This document shows, piece by piece, positions 25,226-36,996 of a stretch of DNA of 37,100 bases. This DNA is from Octopus bimaculoides. Lineage: Eukaryota. The position numbers and the translations under genes were made by a program. The stretch is from the NCBI RefSeq assembly GCF_001194135.2, contig NC_069003.1:13769233-13806332 (forward strand), given 5' to 3'. The notes under the pieces are model-generated. The model did no database searches. It saw nothing but the letters and a program-made list of their open reading frames with translations, and was not told the origin of the DNA. Positions within the stretch are counted from its first letter, which is position 1. Every line of letters begins with the position of its first letter.

Positions 25226-25460
25226 GAAGACATATGATATGGTGCTTCATTCTTGGATCGTTGAATGCCTGCAGATGTTTGGTGTTGCTGACAACATCAC
25301 AAATTTTCTGAAGCATAGCATGAAAGAGTGGAAAACCAAATTGCACTCAAGTAACGTATTTCTTGGAGAAGTTAATATTAAAAAGGGGAATCTTCCAAGG
25401 TGACTCGTTTTCTCCGTTACATTTTGTAATTGCACTAATACCCATAACAATGACACTTTT
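25224..25460 (+). mobile_element. R4/Dong-type LINE RT fragment
   Basis: KTYDMVLHSWIVECLQMFG...WKT.L....RGIFQGDSFSPL.FVIALIP. Confidence 0.8.
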
Positions 25461-25663
25461 GAGCAGGGTGGGCTACCCGACCTGAAGAAAATTCTAACTG
25501 GACCTAACCTGCAAGGTCATGCGCTGTTTAATATGGTTGTGATGCATGTGCCTGGTGTACCCTTATCAGATGGGTATATTGAGCTTCGTATGTTCGTACC
25601 CCAGTCTGACTTTGATGGCAAACATTGTTCTCTCACTCAATAATAATAATAATAATAATAATG

Positions 25664-25713
<50 letters not shown>

Positions 25714-25724
<11 letters not shown>

Positions 25725-26073
25725 ATACCTAAGGCACCTACTATGATAGGAATTGTTTCTGTTTTTAGATTCCACATTCGAGTTATCTCTATTTCCAGGT
25801 CTTTGTATTTTGAAAGTTTTTCCATTTCTTTTAGAGAAACGTTGTCATCTGCTGGTATTGAAACATATTCAGACAAATACATAACAAAAACACCATGACT
25901 TACAAATATATATAACATACAGAAAATTGCACTACTGGGTACTGCACACATTCTACGCAAAACACTTTCAATACAGTAAACATAAGAGCACCGCAGCAAA
26001 CCACAGCACATACCCAAGGCGCACAGAGCTGCGCTCGGTAGTGAAGTGAAAGCACGTTATAAAAATAAAACTA

Positions 26074-26076
<3 letters not shown>
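25714..26076 (+). mobile_element. R4/Dong-type LINE 3' end with a 5' inversion, between TAA arrays
   Basis: Minus piece 25714-25866: DVSIPADDNVSLKEMEKLSKYKDLEIEITRMW...IIVGALGIIKK. Plus piece 25866-26076: YSDKYITKTP*LTNIYNIQKIALLGTAHILRKTLSIQ* plus 3' UTR. (TAA)n lies at 25639-25713 and 26077-26181. Confidence 0.85.
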
Positions 26077-26153
<77 letters not shown>

Positions 26154-26182
26154 TAATAATAATAATAATAACAATAATAATG

Positions 26183-27585
26183 CATCGATTTGGTATTACC
26201 TATTCGAGGTTCATACATTCCATAATCCAAGAATGTGAGATCATATTGCATCGAATGTTGAGCGATTTCTTGCAAAAAGTATGGCGAAGTGGAGGACGGA
26301 ACTGACAGGGTATTGAAGACGTTTAGGGACAATAGAAATCAGGAGAGGCATCTTCCAAAGGGACTGCCTGTCCCCACTGATCTTTGTACTATGCATGATA
26401 CCACTAACACCGATTCTGAGGGAAGTAAAGGCTGCGTGTGTATTCAAAAGCCGCCAACAAAAAGTCAACCACTTGTAATTCATGGATGACCTCAAACTTT
26501 ATGGTAACGATGAATCCCAAGTCAGTTCCCTCGTTGATATGGTGTATACTTTCAGTGCTGATATCAGAATGGAGTTCGGACTGAAAAAGTGTGGTGTGTT
26601 AGTCTTGAAGAGAGGCAAAATTAAATGTATGGACAGGCTAGAGATACCGTCGGGGGAGGTTATGAAGCAGATAGAAGAGACGGTCTATAAGTACTTGGGG
26701 ATATTGGAAATGGATAAATTCATGGACAAAGAAATGACAGAACAATTTAAGGTGGAGTACTTGCGCAGACTGAGACTGATCCTTAAGTCGAAATTAAATG
26801 GACAAAATAAGATTGAAGTTATCAACACTTCGGTGGTTTCACTACTTAGATATGGAATAAAGGTAATCGCATGGATAGTAGATAGTGGATAGTAGACGAG
26901 CTAAACAGCTTAGACAGAAAAACAAGGAAGTTGCTGACTAGATATGAGATACTCCACCCCAAAAATGACACAGACAGACTGTATGTATCAAGAAAAAGAG
27001 GGAGAAGAGGACTTATTGGATGCGAACACAGCGTTAGCGCAGAAGAAAACAAAATATCATGGTATGTAAAAAATGCCACAGAACCACTATTATTGGAAGT
27101 AAGAAGGTCAGGATGTGCAGGATGGAAGATTGCAAAGATAAAGCACTATAAAAGAAACTGAAAACAAATGAAACTGAAAACAGGTGGGTAAAGAAAAGAA
27201 TGCACGGACAATTTCGTAGAGATGTTGAAGATAAGACAGACAGAGAAAAAAGATGGCTTTGGATGACTAAAAGTGATTTAAAACCGGAAACGGATGCTCT
27301 AATCTGTGTTGCCCAAGAGCAAGCACTAAGAACGAATTACATCAAATACAGAATAGACAACATACCAGAAAGTGATAAGTGCAGAATTTGTGGACAAAAT
27401 GATAATGCAAAGATCCTATGGGATTTTATGATTCCGTGCGACCATGAGATAGGAACCGCTTGGAACCGCTCGAATACTCCGGATGATGCTCGAAAAATAA
27501 GGAGTGTTACCTTAGTTCACTGGTAGTGAACAGCTGGCACCGTAGTACACCTCCAGTGATAGAAGCTGTGCAAGACAATAAATAA
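26183..27585 (+). mobile_element. R4/Dong-type LINE, 5'-truncated with internal deletions
   Basis: RRGIFQ, FMDDLKLY, EFGLKKC, YKYLG, HPKNDTDRLYVSRKRGRRGL, MHGQF, AQEQALRTNY, KCRICG. Jumps at about 27400 and 27450 to LGTARILR; ends in (TAA)n. Confidence 0.9.
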
Positions 27586-27609
27586 TAATAATAATGATAA
27601 TAATAATCC

Positions 27610-28990
27610 ATGGGTCACATGTCAGAGTGAGCGCCTATCTCCGTGGCTTTTTGTTCTCTCCATGATATCCCTGACCTTGGTACTTAGGAAAATGAACATG
27701 GGGTACTAACTAAAGGAAAAAATCTCAAACAATCAACCACCTCTTCTTCATGGATGATTTGAAACTGTATGGCAAGGAGGAGATATAAGTGAGTTCCTTG
27801 ATGAACATGGTCCACTGTTTTAATACTGATATTAGAAAGAAAATTGGACTCAAGAAGTGCAACGGAATGATCTAGATAAAAAGAGGCAAGGTACAGTTCC
27901 TAGCAGGGATAGAATTATCAAATAGAGACTTGATTAAGCACATTGAAAAGGAAGTCTACTTGGTGAACTAGAGTTCAACCGGATAATAGAGAAGGAAATA
28001 AAGAAGCAACTGAGGATGGGATATTTCCGAAGACTAAGGTTGGTGTTGCGCTCAAAATTGAGTGGATGGAATAAAATTCAAGCAGTTAATACGTGGGCGA
28101 TAGCATCACTTCGGTATGAAGCTGGAATTATAAAATGCCAAAAGCCTTCCACCCTAAGAACGACACCGATAAGCTGTACTTGTTCAGAAGAAAGGGTGGG
28201 AGGGGTTCGATCAGTTGTCAGAACTGTATCGAAACAGAGGAAAGCAGTTTAGGGTGGTATATAAAATATACCGTGGAGTCAACGTTGCAACACACGAAGA
28301 AGGCCGGTGGAATCAAAACTGAAAATTGTGCAATGAAGGGAAAATTTAAAGAACAAATGAACAAGAAAAAAGAAAAAAGCATGGAAGGAAAAAATGTACG
28401 GTCAGTTTGCAAGATATGTGGACGCCAAGACAGATACAGAGGACCGGTAGCTATGGATGAGGAGGAGTGACCTGAAGATAGAGACAGAATCACTCATATG
28501 TGCAGCTCAAGAACAAGCGTTAAGGACCAACTATGTGAAGTGCAGAGTAGATAACACTACCGACAGCGACAAATGCAGAATGCGTGGTGAGAGGGGTGAA
28601 CCGGTATGGCACATCGTTAGCGAATGCCCTAAATTGGCACAACGCGAATACAAAAGACACCATGACAACGCGGCAAGAATGATCCCTTGGGAGCTCTATG
28701 GAAATCACGGATTACAAAGAGCAAAGAGGTAGAATGAGCAAACTCCAGAAGGAGTCACCGAAAATAAGTATTGCAAAATCCTGTGAGATGCAATGATCCA
28801 GTGCGATCACCCGACCAGACATTGAAAACCGGACATTGTTGTGGTGAATAAAAAAGAAAGAACATGCATGATAATCGACATAGCATGCTCCCGGTGACAA
28901 CAAGATCAATGTGAAAGAAAAAAAAATTATGACGATTTGATGTGGGAAATACGAAGGTTGTGGTCAATGAAGAAAATAGACGTGATACTG
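27610..28990 (+). mobile_element. Second R4/Dong-type LINE copy (RT to REL endonuclease)
   Basis: INHLFFMDDLKLYG, YFRRLRLVLRSKLSGWNKI, AAQEQALRTNY, CRMRGERGEPVWHIVSEC, YKRHHD, RPDIVVVNK..TCMIIDIAC. Confidence 0.9.
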
Positions 28991-29701
28991 TTATGTCAGC
29001 CTACAACTTTTCCAGCCTTATCAATTTAGCTGCTTCCGCCAGACAAATGTCTTTCTGCAGAATATCCATTTTAAATAGCTCTGCGCTTTTCGTAGTCGCT
29101 GCTGCGAATGTATAATTGTTATTGTTTTTGTCGTTGTGATTCACAATACAAATATTGTTGCTGTTCATGTTGTCTTAGCTTTTTCCCCTCTATCGTAGTG
29201 ATGATGGTGGAGTAGGTTGTGGCCGTGTTCGTAGACTCACTGCTGCTGGCTGATGCCTTTGGTATTGTCCATTTGAACGCAGGGGATTCAACTTCATAAT
29301 TTGAATTAAATCCTTGAGCTGTGATGTCGCTGAATCTGCTGCTGTTGTTTCTTGTCTTTGAACCTGGTGGGTACACGGCTTTGTGGGTAGAAGGCGGAGG
29401 GCATTACCACATCTTGCATCTCTCTATTAGAGCTACCTCTTACTTCCTCTCCCATGTCTTTCAGCAAGGCTGCTTCGCCATGTTTGTTTCTGTAATTAAT
29501 TTTTCGAAGCAAAATGAATATAATTTTTTTTTCCGGATTGGAGCCCCCAAAGGGGCACAAGCAGCGAGACCAGCCAAACTTTTGCAAAAGCAGTAGTTTT
29601 GACAAACGTTTTGTTAGAATGAATAACTTTTGGAGACAAAATTGAAGGCAAATTTCTTATGAGCAGACAAAAGCGTGTATTTCGTTAGGATGAACAACAA
29701 C

Positions 29702-30088
29702 AATGGTTTCAAATTTTGGCACAACGCCAGCAACTTCTAGAGAAGGGTTAAGTCAATTACATCGACCCCAGTGCTCAACTGGTACGTATTTTATCGACCC
29801 CGAAAGAATGAAAGACAAAGTCGACCTCGGTGGAATTTGAACTCAGAACGAAGGACAGACAAAATGCCGTTAAGCATTTTACCCGGTGTGATAACGATTC
29901 TGTTAAAGTTTCGGAGGAGGGAATAAGTCGATTACATCGACCCCAGTGCTCGACTGGTACTTATTTTATTGGCCCTGAAAGGATGAAGGGCAGAGTCAAC
30001 CTCAGCGGAATTTTAACTCAAAACGTAAAGACGGACGAAATACCGCTAAGCATTTTGTCCGGCATGCTAACGATTCTGCCGGCTTCCA
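29702..30088 (-). mobile_element. Head-to-tail dimer of a tRNA-derived SINE (family B)
   Basis: Two diverged units (about 29702-29903 and 29906-30088), each with GTC(G/A)ATTACATCGACCCCAGTGCTC.ACTGGTAC..ATTTTAT, and an A/B-box-like head on the minus strand. Confidence 0.8.
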
Positions 30089-30100
30089 CAGAGTTTACCC

Positions 30101-30226
30101 CTGCCAAATTAATTTACAAGGCTTTAGTCAGTCCGGGTCTATGGTTGAAGACACTTGCCCAAGATGTCGCACTGTGGGATAGATCTTAAAACCACCTGGT
30201 CGTAAAGAGAAGTTCTTAACCACATA
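30101..30226 (-). mobile_element. tRNA-derived SINE (family A), partial
   Basis: ACAAGGCTTT...GAAGACACTTGCCCAAG...TTCTTAACCACA matches the family on the reverse strand. Confidence 0.6.
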
Positions 30227-30663
30227 GAGAAAAAGAACAAAAACAAATCAACAAAAACAAGAACAGTATCAACAACAAGAACAAGAAATAAGCCTTAAGA
30301 CCAAATTTGCCTANNNNNNNNNNNNNNNNNNNNNNNNNNNNNNNNNNNNNNNNNNNNNNNNNNNNNNNNNNNNNNNNNNNNNNNNNNNNNNNNNNNNNNN
30401 NNNNNNNNNNNNNNNNNNNNNNNNNNNNNNNNNNNNNNNNNNNNNNNNNNNNNNNNNNNNNNNNNNNNNNNNNNNNNNNNNNNNNNNNNNNNNNNNNNNN
30501 NNNNNNNNNNNNNNNNNNNNNNNNNNNNNNNNNNNNNNNNNNNNNNNNNNNNNNNNNNNNNNNNNNNNNNNNNNNNNNNNNNNNNNNNNNNNNNNNNNNN
30601 NNNNNNNNNNNNNNNNNNNNNNNNNNNNNNNNNNNNNNNNNNNNNNNNNNNNNNNNNNNNNNN

Positions 30664-31175
30664 CTTCTTCTTCTTCTTCTTCTTCTTTATCATCGTCATC
30701 ATCATCATCCTTGCCACCAGTACTACCACAAAGACTACAGTACCACCGCCACCACCACCACCACCACCATCACTACCACCACCATCAACACCATACCGAC
30801 CCCCCCACCAACCCCTACCACCGCAGTCCGCTTCTTAGTCATCGCCATCATCGTCATCATGATCATGATCATCGCACACAGCATGGTCTTCCTCACTACC
30901 CTACCACCACCACCACCACTGCCGTCACCCTGACTCCACCCTCACTCTCCCCCTATCCCATTGCCACCCTTCTTCTCCCCATCCCCTTCCTCCTCTTCTT
31001 CCTCCACTTCTTCCTCCTCTTCACTTTCCACAGCCGCTGTTATCATCATCATCATCATCATCATCATCATACGCACCAACATCATGATCAACTCTTTCTT
31101 CCACATCCACCCACTCATCTCCTACTCACCGCTGACACTTACATCACCGCCTCTACTGCCGCCGTCTCCACCTCC

Positions 31176-31231
<56 letters not shown>

Positions 31232-31300
31232 CATCATCGTCATCTCCCAACTCCTGCAGTTTTTACCCTTTCCCTACCCCGTCCGCTTTCTATTCTTATG
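30664..31300. repeat. Compound (CAT)n/(CAC)n/(CTT)n trinucleotide region
   Basis: Visible directly; source of the poly-H/T/S/I ORFs. Confidence 0.9.
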
Positions 31301-31756
31301 AACCATTCTCTCTCTCTCCCCGTCTCCCACCCACACAAATTCCCACTCACCATTTCAACCTCCCTGCCCTGTCCCCGCCCTCACCTACATCACCATTGTT
31401 TTTATTCACCTTTTTATCTATTTACTTATTTATTTTTATATATTTATTTTACTATATTTCTACCTTCCTATTTTCCATCCATTTTTGTTCTAAAAATGGC
31501 GTTTGTTGTCGCTTATTGGCAATTACTGCTGCTGCTGCCACCCCTGTCGCTATGCTTGTGTTGTTGTTCTTGTTGTTGTTGTTGCTGTCTTTGATGTTGT
31601 TATCGTTGTTGTTGACCATTTTTATTTCTGTTTCATTTTCCTTCTTTTCATTAACTGTGTCTTTTATTCCATCAATTCAACAGGAATTCTTCACCGTTTT
31701 CGATGCTTTCGCAGAAATCTTAACACTTTCTTTATACACTACTAGCTGCTGGGCAG

Positions 31757-32710
31757 TATGTATGTGTGTGTGTGTGTGTTATGTTGTGTTTTCTGTATGT
31801 GTGTGTGTGCGTTGTGTGTGTGTGTGCGCGTATGAATGTGTGTGTTCTGTATGTATGTGTGTATGTGTGTATGTTATGTTTTCCGTATATATGTGTATGC
31901 ATTGTGTGTTCTGTATGTGCGTGTTGTGCGTTCTGAGTGTGCGTGTGTTTGTGTTGTGTGTTCTGTACGTGCGTGTGTGTGTGTATGTGTGTATGTGTGT
32001 GTGTGCGTGTATGGGTGTGTGCGTGTGTTGTGTGTTGTGGGTGTGTATATGTTGTGTGTATTTATATATATTGTGTGTGTGCTTCTGTACGTGTGTATGT
32101 ATACATGTTAGGTGCGTGAATAAGTATGTGTGTATGTACGTATGTCTACTCATATATGTATCTGTATGTATGCATGAATGTGTATTTATGTCCGTATGTA
32201 TGTGTGTATTTTGTTTGTGTTGTGAGTGTCTCTATGTATGCATGCATGCTTGCATGTAATATTGTATATATGCATGTGTGCATGCACATATGTGAATGTA
32301 TTTGTGTATGTGTTCAAGTATTTTGTGTGTGTGCCTATGTATGCATGTTGTGTGTGTATATGTATATGTACGTATGTGTGTGTTTATGTATGTGTTCATG
32401 TATTATGCATGTATTTATGTGTGTGTTGTGTGTGTATGTATGTGGAGGTGTAACTATGTAAGTGCATCTATGTAAGTATTAATGCCTGTATCTATATATA
32501 TGTAAGTCTATATGTGTATGCATATTTGTATGTATGAATGTATGAATGCGTGTATGTATATTTGCACGCATGTGCATATATGTTTGTGTGTATGCATGTG
32601 TATGCATGCATATATGTATGTACATATGCATGTATGTGTTTGCTTGCTTGCACGTATGTATATGTTTAATTATGTATTCGTCTGTATGCATGCATGTTTT
32701 TGTTTAAGCA
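31757..32710. repeat. Long degenerate TG/TATG simple-sequence tract
   Basis: Visible directly; source of the CVCVYV-type ORFs. Confidence 0.9.
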
Positions 32711-33049
32711 TGAAGTTTATTTTCGCAGGATTCACGTCGGCCATGCTAACACAATAAGAAGACTTCCACGAGGGTATTAGAAATAACAGGCTACGAATTA
32801 ACGTGTGCATATATATGGTTGCAATTGCATAAATATATGCAGGTGTTCTCGTCTCTTTAGTGAACGAGTGTGTTTCTGATTACTTTTGCTAGCGGTACAT
32901 ATTGCCATACTTACTTTCAATGATCATAAACATACACTGATCTGAATGTCTCTAAGATAAGTGTAACAGTTACAAAGACTTTTCTCTGCAAGATTAACGA
33001 CTACAATCACACCTGTAATTCTACAGGTTACATTGTTAATAGTTTGGAC

Positions 33050-33428
33050 CAGTGATTCCCAACGTGGAGCATACGCCTCACCGGTGGGACCTGGAAAAAT
33101 AGTGGTGGGGCGTGGAATTCAAATTACTTTTCTTTTTTAGTGCAATATGGATTTGTGAAAAGCTTTTCGTCACAGCAAACATACTACACCTATGCTTTTT
33201 TGCTCCAATCACTGATGGGGCATACATTTTTCTCAAAAGTTATGGTGGGGTCTGTAGTCATTAATGTTGCGAAGAAGTGTCTTTGTATTTGTTACACACG
33301 TCTTAGAGACATTCAGGTTAGTGTGTTTATGATTATTGAAAGTAAGTATGGTAATATGCATCTCTAGCAAAAGTAATTAGAAACACACTCGTTCACTAAA
33401 GAGACGTGAAAATGGTTGGGAAACACCG
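33050..33428. mobile_element. hAT-type MITE
   Basis: TIRs CAGTGATTCCCAAC and GTTGGGAAACACCG (12/14 match). 8-bp TSD GTTTGGAC (33042-33049) and GTTTGGGC (33429-33436). Confidence 0.8.
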
Positions 33429-33689
33429 GTTTGGGCAATATAATATACTTATATTCATTCCTGTGTGGAAATGATTTCAAAGGGTGATACGATATTTCGT
33501 GGCAGCAATGTCAATAAGGCCGGATTTCTTTTAAAATTTATATCTGAGATTAACTTCTCTTATTTTTATTTTTCTTGAACCCCGCGTCTCGTAAGACTAA
33601 TTACTCGGTTTCCATAAGTGATCGAAGTCAAAACACTGCCATTCACCACTGAACGGGAGGTCGGTCCAGTGCAAGGTTCAAGTCCAGCA

Positions 33690-33790
33690 AATTTTTGAAA
33701 GAAGAGGGCAAGTCGATTATATCTACCCCAATACTTTACTGGTACTTTGTTTTATCGAGCTCGAAAGAGTGAAAGACTAAGTTGGCCTTA
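33690..33790 (-). mobile_element. SINE family B fragment
   Basis: AAGTCGATTATATCTACCCCAATACTTTACTGGTACTT..TTTTATCGA is similar to 29702-30088. Confidence 0.55.
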
Positions 33791-34838
33791 GTGTTAATGA
33801 CAATTTAGATTAGATAAAAACAAAAAAGATTAAAAAAAATTTTTGTCCTACCAAATCAGAACGAGATACTCAACACACCATGCCCTCAACCGTAAAAGAA
33901 AGCACCCCACCCGTGAGCTTTGGGAGGTCTGGGGTCAGTTCATCAAGATTCTTGGAACCAATATCGCATTAGATTTATGATTACACATGTACAGGAACGA
34001 CTGAGGAGGAGGGCCACGTAGACGAATTCCATATAGCAAACTATATATTGAGTATGTATGTATGTATGTATGTATGTATGTATGTATGTATGTATGTGTG
34101 TGTGTGTGCGTGTGCACGTTATCAATCGGCAGAAGCTATAGAGTTACTCAAAGGTCAAGAATTTCGCATATTGGCAGTATATATATATATATNNNNNNNN
34201 NNNNNNNNNNNNNNNNNNNNNNNNNNNNNNNNNNNNNNNNNNNNNNNNNNNNNNNNNNNNNNNNNNNNNNNNNNNNNNNNNNNNNNNNNNNNNNNNNNNN
34301 NNNNNNNNNNNNNNNNNNNNNNNNNNNNNNNNNNNNNNNNNNNNNNNNNNNNNNNNNNNNNNNNNNNNNNNNNNNNNNNNNNNNNNNNNNNNNNNNNNNN
34401 NNNNNNNNNNNNNNNNNNNNNNNNNNNNNNNNNNNNNNNNNNNNNNNNNNNNNNNNNNNNNNNNNNNNNNNNNNNNNNNNNNNNNNNNNNNNNNNNNNNN
34501 NNNNNNNNNNNNNNNNNNNNNNNNNNNNNNNNNNNNNNNNNNNNNNGCAAAGCAAGTTAAATAAAATTTGGGATTTTGCGGAGAGTCAAAGTTGGAAACA
34601 AAAACAAGACAGTGAAAACAAAGAAAAAGGGTTGCTAAGCCTAGACGAGGTGAGGTGGCGAAGAGTTGGAGGAACAAGCTTTAACAGGAGACGCACATGC
34701 ACACATATAAATATGTGTGCATATATAACAGCTATGCATTATGCTTCATGTATATACATTACGTATGATACATAGATGGCTATTTTAATAAATACTGCTT
34801 TAGTTGCGTATACTGGACACACACACACACACACAAAT

Positions 34839-34869
<31 letters not shown>

Positions 34870-35629
34870 TACATACATACGTTTATGTATTTGTTTTGCA
34901 AAATAGTTGATGTGAAATCGTGTGTTGAAAAAGATATTATATTTGGAGATGGTGATTTTCTTTTTCCTTTTTCCTCTTGCCTATAAACATGCAATATTTA
35001 CTTGATCTTCACTTTAGCTTTATCCTCATACTTCTTTGGTCGCATATTCCACAAAATAGAAAAGACAGGACAAGACCAGAGAAGAATAGAGACACGATGA
35101 ACAGAGAGCCAGTGAAGAGGTCATAGAATGTGTGACGATAGAACTCTGATAAAATAAAGCTAGAGAGAAGATCAAATAAATAGTGCATGAGTTTATTGGC
35201 AAAAAAAAGAAAGAAATAAAATCCTCATATATATAACAATATGTGTGTGTGTGTGTATGTGTGTGTGTATGTGTGTGTGTGTGTGTGTGTGTATACACAC
35301 AGAATGAGAAATTTTTGTCAACTGACGTAAAATAAGTGGGATGTACTATGAGTGCTCACTGAGGTCTACCACTGGCACTTCGGCTTCAACTGCAACTGAA
35401 ATGCAAGGTGTGGTACATACATACATACATACATACATTCATACATACATTCATACATACATACATACATAATACATACATACATACATACATACATAAT
35501 ACATACATACATACATACATACATACAGTACATACATACAGTACATACATACAGTACATAATACATACATACATGCCTATATATATATGTATGCATGTAT
35601 ATATACATATATATATAATTATATGTAAC

Positions 35630-35670
<41 letters not shown>

Positions 35671-35999
35671 NNNNNNNNNNTCTCTCTCCCTCTCTCTCCC
35701 TCTCTCTCCCTCTCTCTCCCTCTCTCTCACACATGCACACACACACAAACACACCACGAATACGCAGAAGCACACAGAAACACTCACAGACACTCGCACA
35801 CACACACGTAAATGACGATTTTAATGCTTCCTGCTTTATTCTTTAGCTATCAGTCATCGCTGGTTCTGTATCCATCATTCAATCATTCATTCAATCAATC
35901 AATCAACCAACCAACCAATTTACCTATCTATCTGTCTGTCTGTCTATTTGTCTGTCTGTTTGTCTGTCGTTCTGTCTGTCTGCCTGCCTGCCTTCCAAG

Positions 36000-36330
36000 T
36001 CTTATGATGTTATCAGCTTGATGCATACAAACCTGGTCAAGGGATGCACGTCGATACTTGGTGGTTAAACGATTTTGCCGAAGGGATTTGATTCAAAGGC
36101 ATTTTGGATCGATGTTAAGCCTCTTCCGCCTTCTTTTCGTTTTAGGAAGAGGTGATCTACATCACAGTTTATGTGGTGTGCTTCTTAGTATTTTTCGGGT
36201 TTTCACGTCAATGGCTCGGATTTCATCAAGCGTCCAAATGTTGCAAACACATTGTGGTCACCTGTTTTATTGAATGCAGAGAGTTCTGAGGTCCAAATTT
36301 TCTTTATTCGGCTGTAATATTCTTTAGTGA
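36000..36330 (-). mobile_element. R4/NeSL-type LINE post-RT fragment
   Basis: KEYYSRIKK.WTSELSAFNK; TLDEIRAIDVKTRKIL; DVDHLFLKRKEGGRGL across frameshifts. Confidence 0.7.
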
Positions 36331-36338
36331 CCCGTGTT

Positions 36339-36426
<88 letters not shown>

Positions 36427-36458
36427 TTCACAATTAATACAAACGACAAACACGGATC

Positions 36459-36683
36459 TCATCGATTTACTGTTATCCACCTCCATCCACCTTCATCCAT
36501 CTTCTGTATGGAAAGTGTATCCATGCCATAATCCAGATTGTAAACACTTCCCTTAAAGCATTTTACCGTTTCATCCAACATGTTCTCACAACAATTGCTT
36601 AACCAAGCATCAATTCTTTCAACGAAATGATGGCGATTTATTTGGCGATATTGTATTTCATATTCCCCAGTCGCGTCCCAAAC
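36459..36683 (-). CDS. Candidate exon 2 of an unknown secreted protein
   Basis: Acceptor atatgttctctag|, then 74 open codons: VWDATGEYEIQYRQINRHHFVERIDAWLSNCCENMLDETVKCFKGSVYNLDYGMDTLSIQKMDEGGWRWITVNR*. The true 3' end may be an internal donor. Confidence 0.5.
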   Translation of the reverse strand, partial: VWDATGEYEIQYRQINRHHFVERIDAWLSNCCENMLDETVKCFKGSVYNLDYGMDTLSIQKMDEGGWRWITVNR

Positions 36684-36930
36684 CTAGAGAACATATGGAT
36701 TACACATATTATTGATTATTTATTAAATTAATCTTGGCTCTCAATAAATAAGGTACTTAATAAACATACATTCATATATACATATATATGGTGGCTGTCA
36801 TCTCGTAGACAAGTATAATCGTCACTGGCAAATTATCTTAACTTACGTGTTGAGGACAATGGCTGACAGTAATGCTCGCACAGAAATTTCAAGTCGATAA
36901 CAGCTTGCAAAACACCACTAAGAAACTCAC

Positions 36931-36996
36931 ATACAAAGCCAAAGAGGCCAGAAACAAGCAACAGTAAGATCTCCAGATTCGTGATGAGGCGGCCAT
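36931..36996 (-). CDS. Candidate first coding exon (signal peptide)
   Basis: ataATGG context, MAASSRIWRSYCCLFLASLALY, donor TAT|gtgagt in phase 0, matching the phase-0 acceptor at 36683. Confidence 0.5.

Noticed and set aside
25461-25638. CTGAAGA at 25482 in an unclassified GC-richer segment beside a TAA array
   Set aside because: No downstream GAAA or stems, so not a hammerhead. I could not classify the segment or fold an HDV-like ribozyme by eye.
30961-32757. 432-aa and neighbouring Cys/Val/His-rich ORFs
   Set aside because: Translations of trinucleotide and TG/TATG simple sequence; no domain signal.
33900-34050. GC-richer island with short open frames on both strands
   Set aside because: No convincing acceptor and donor pair or recognisable motif.
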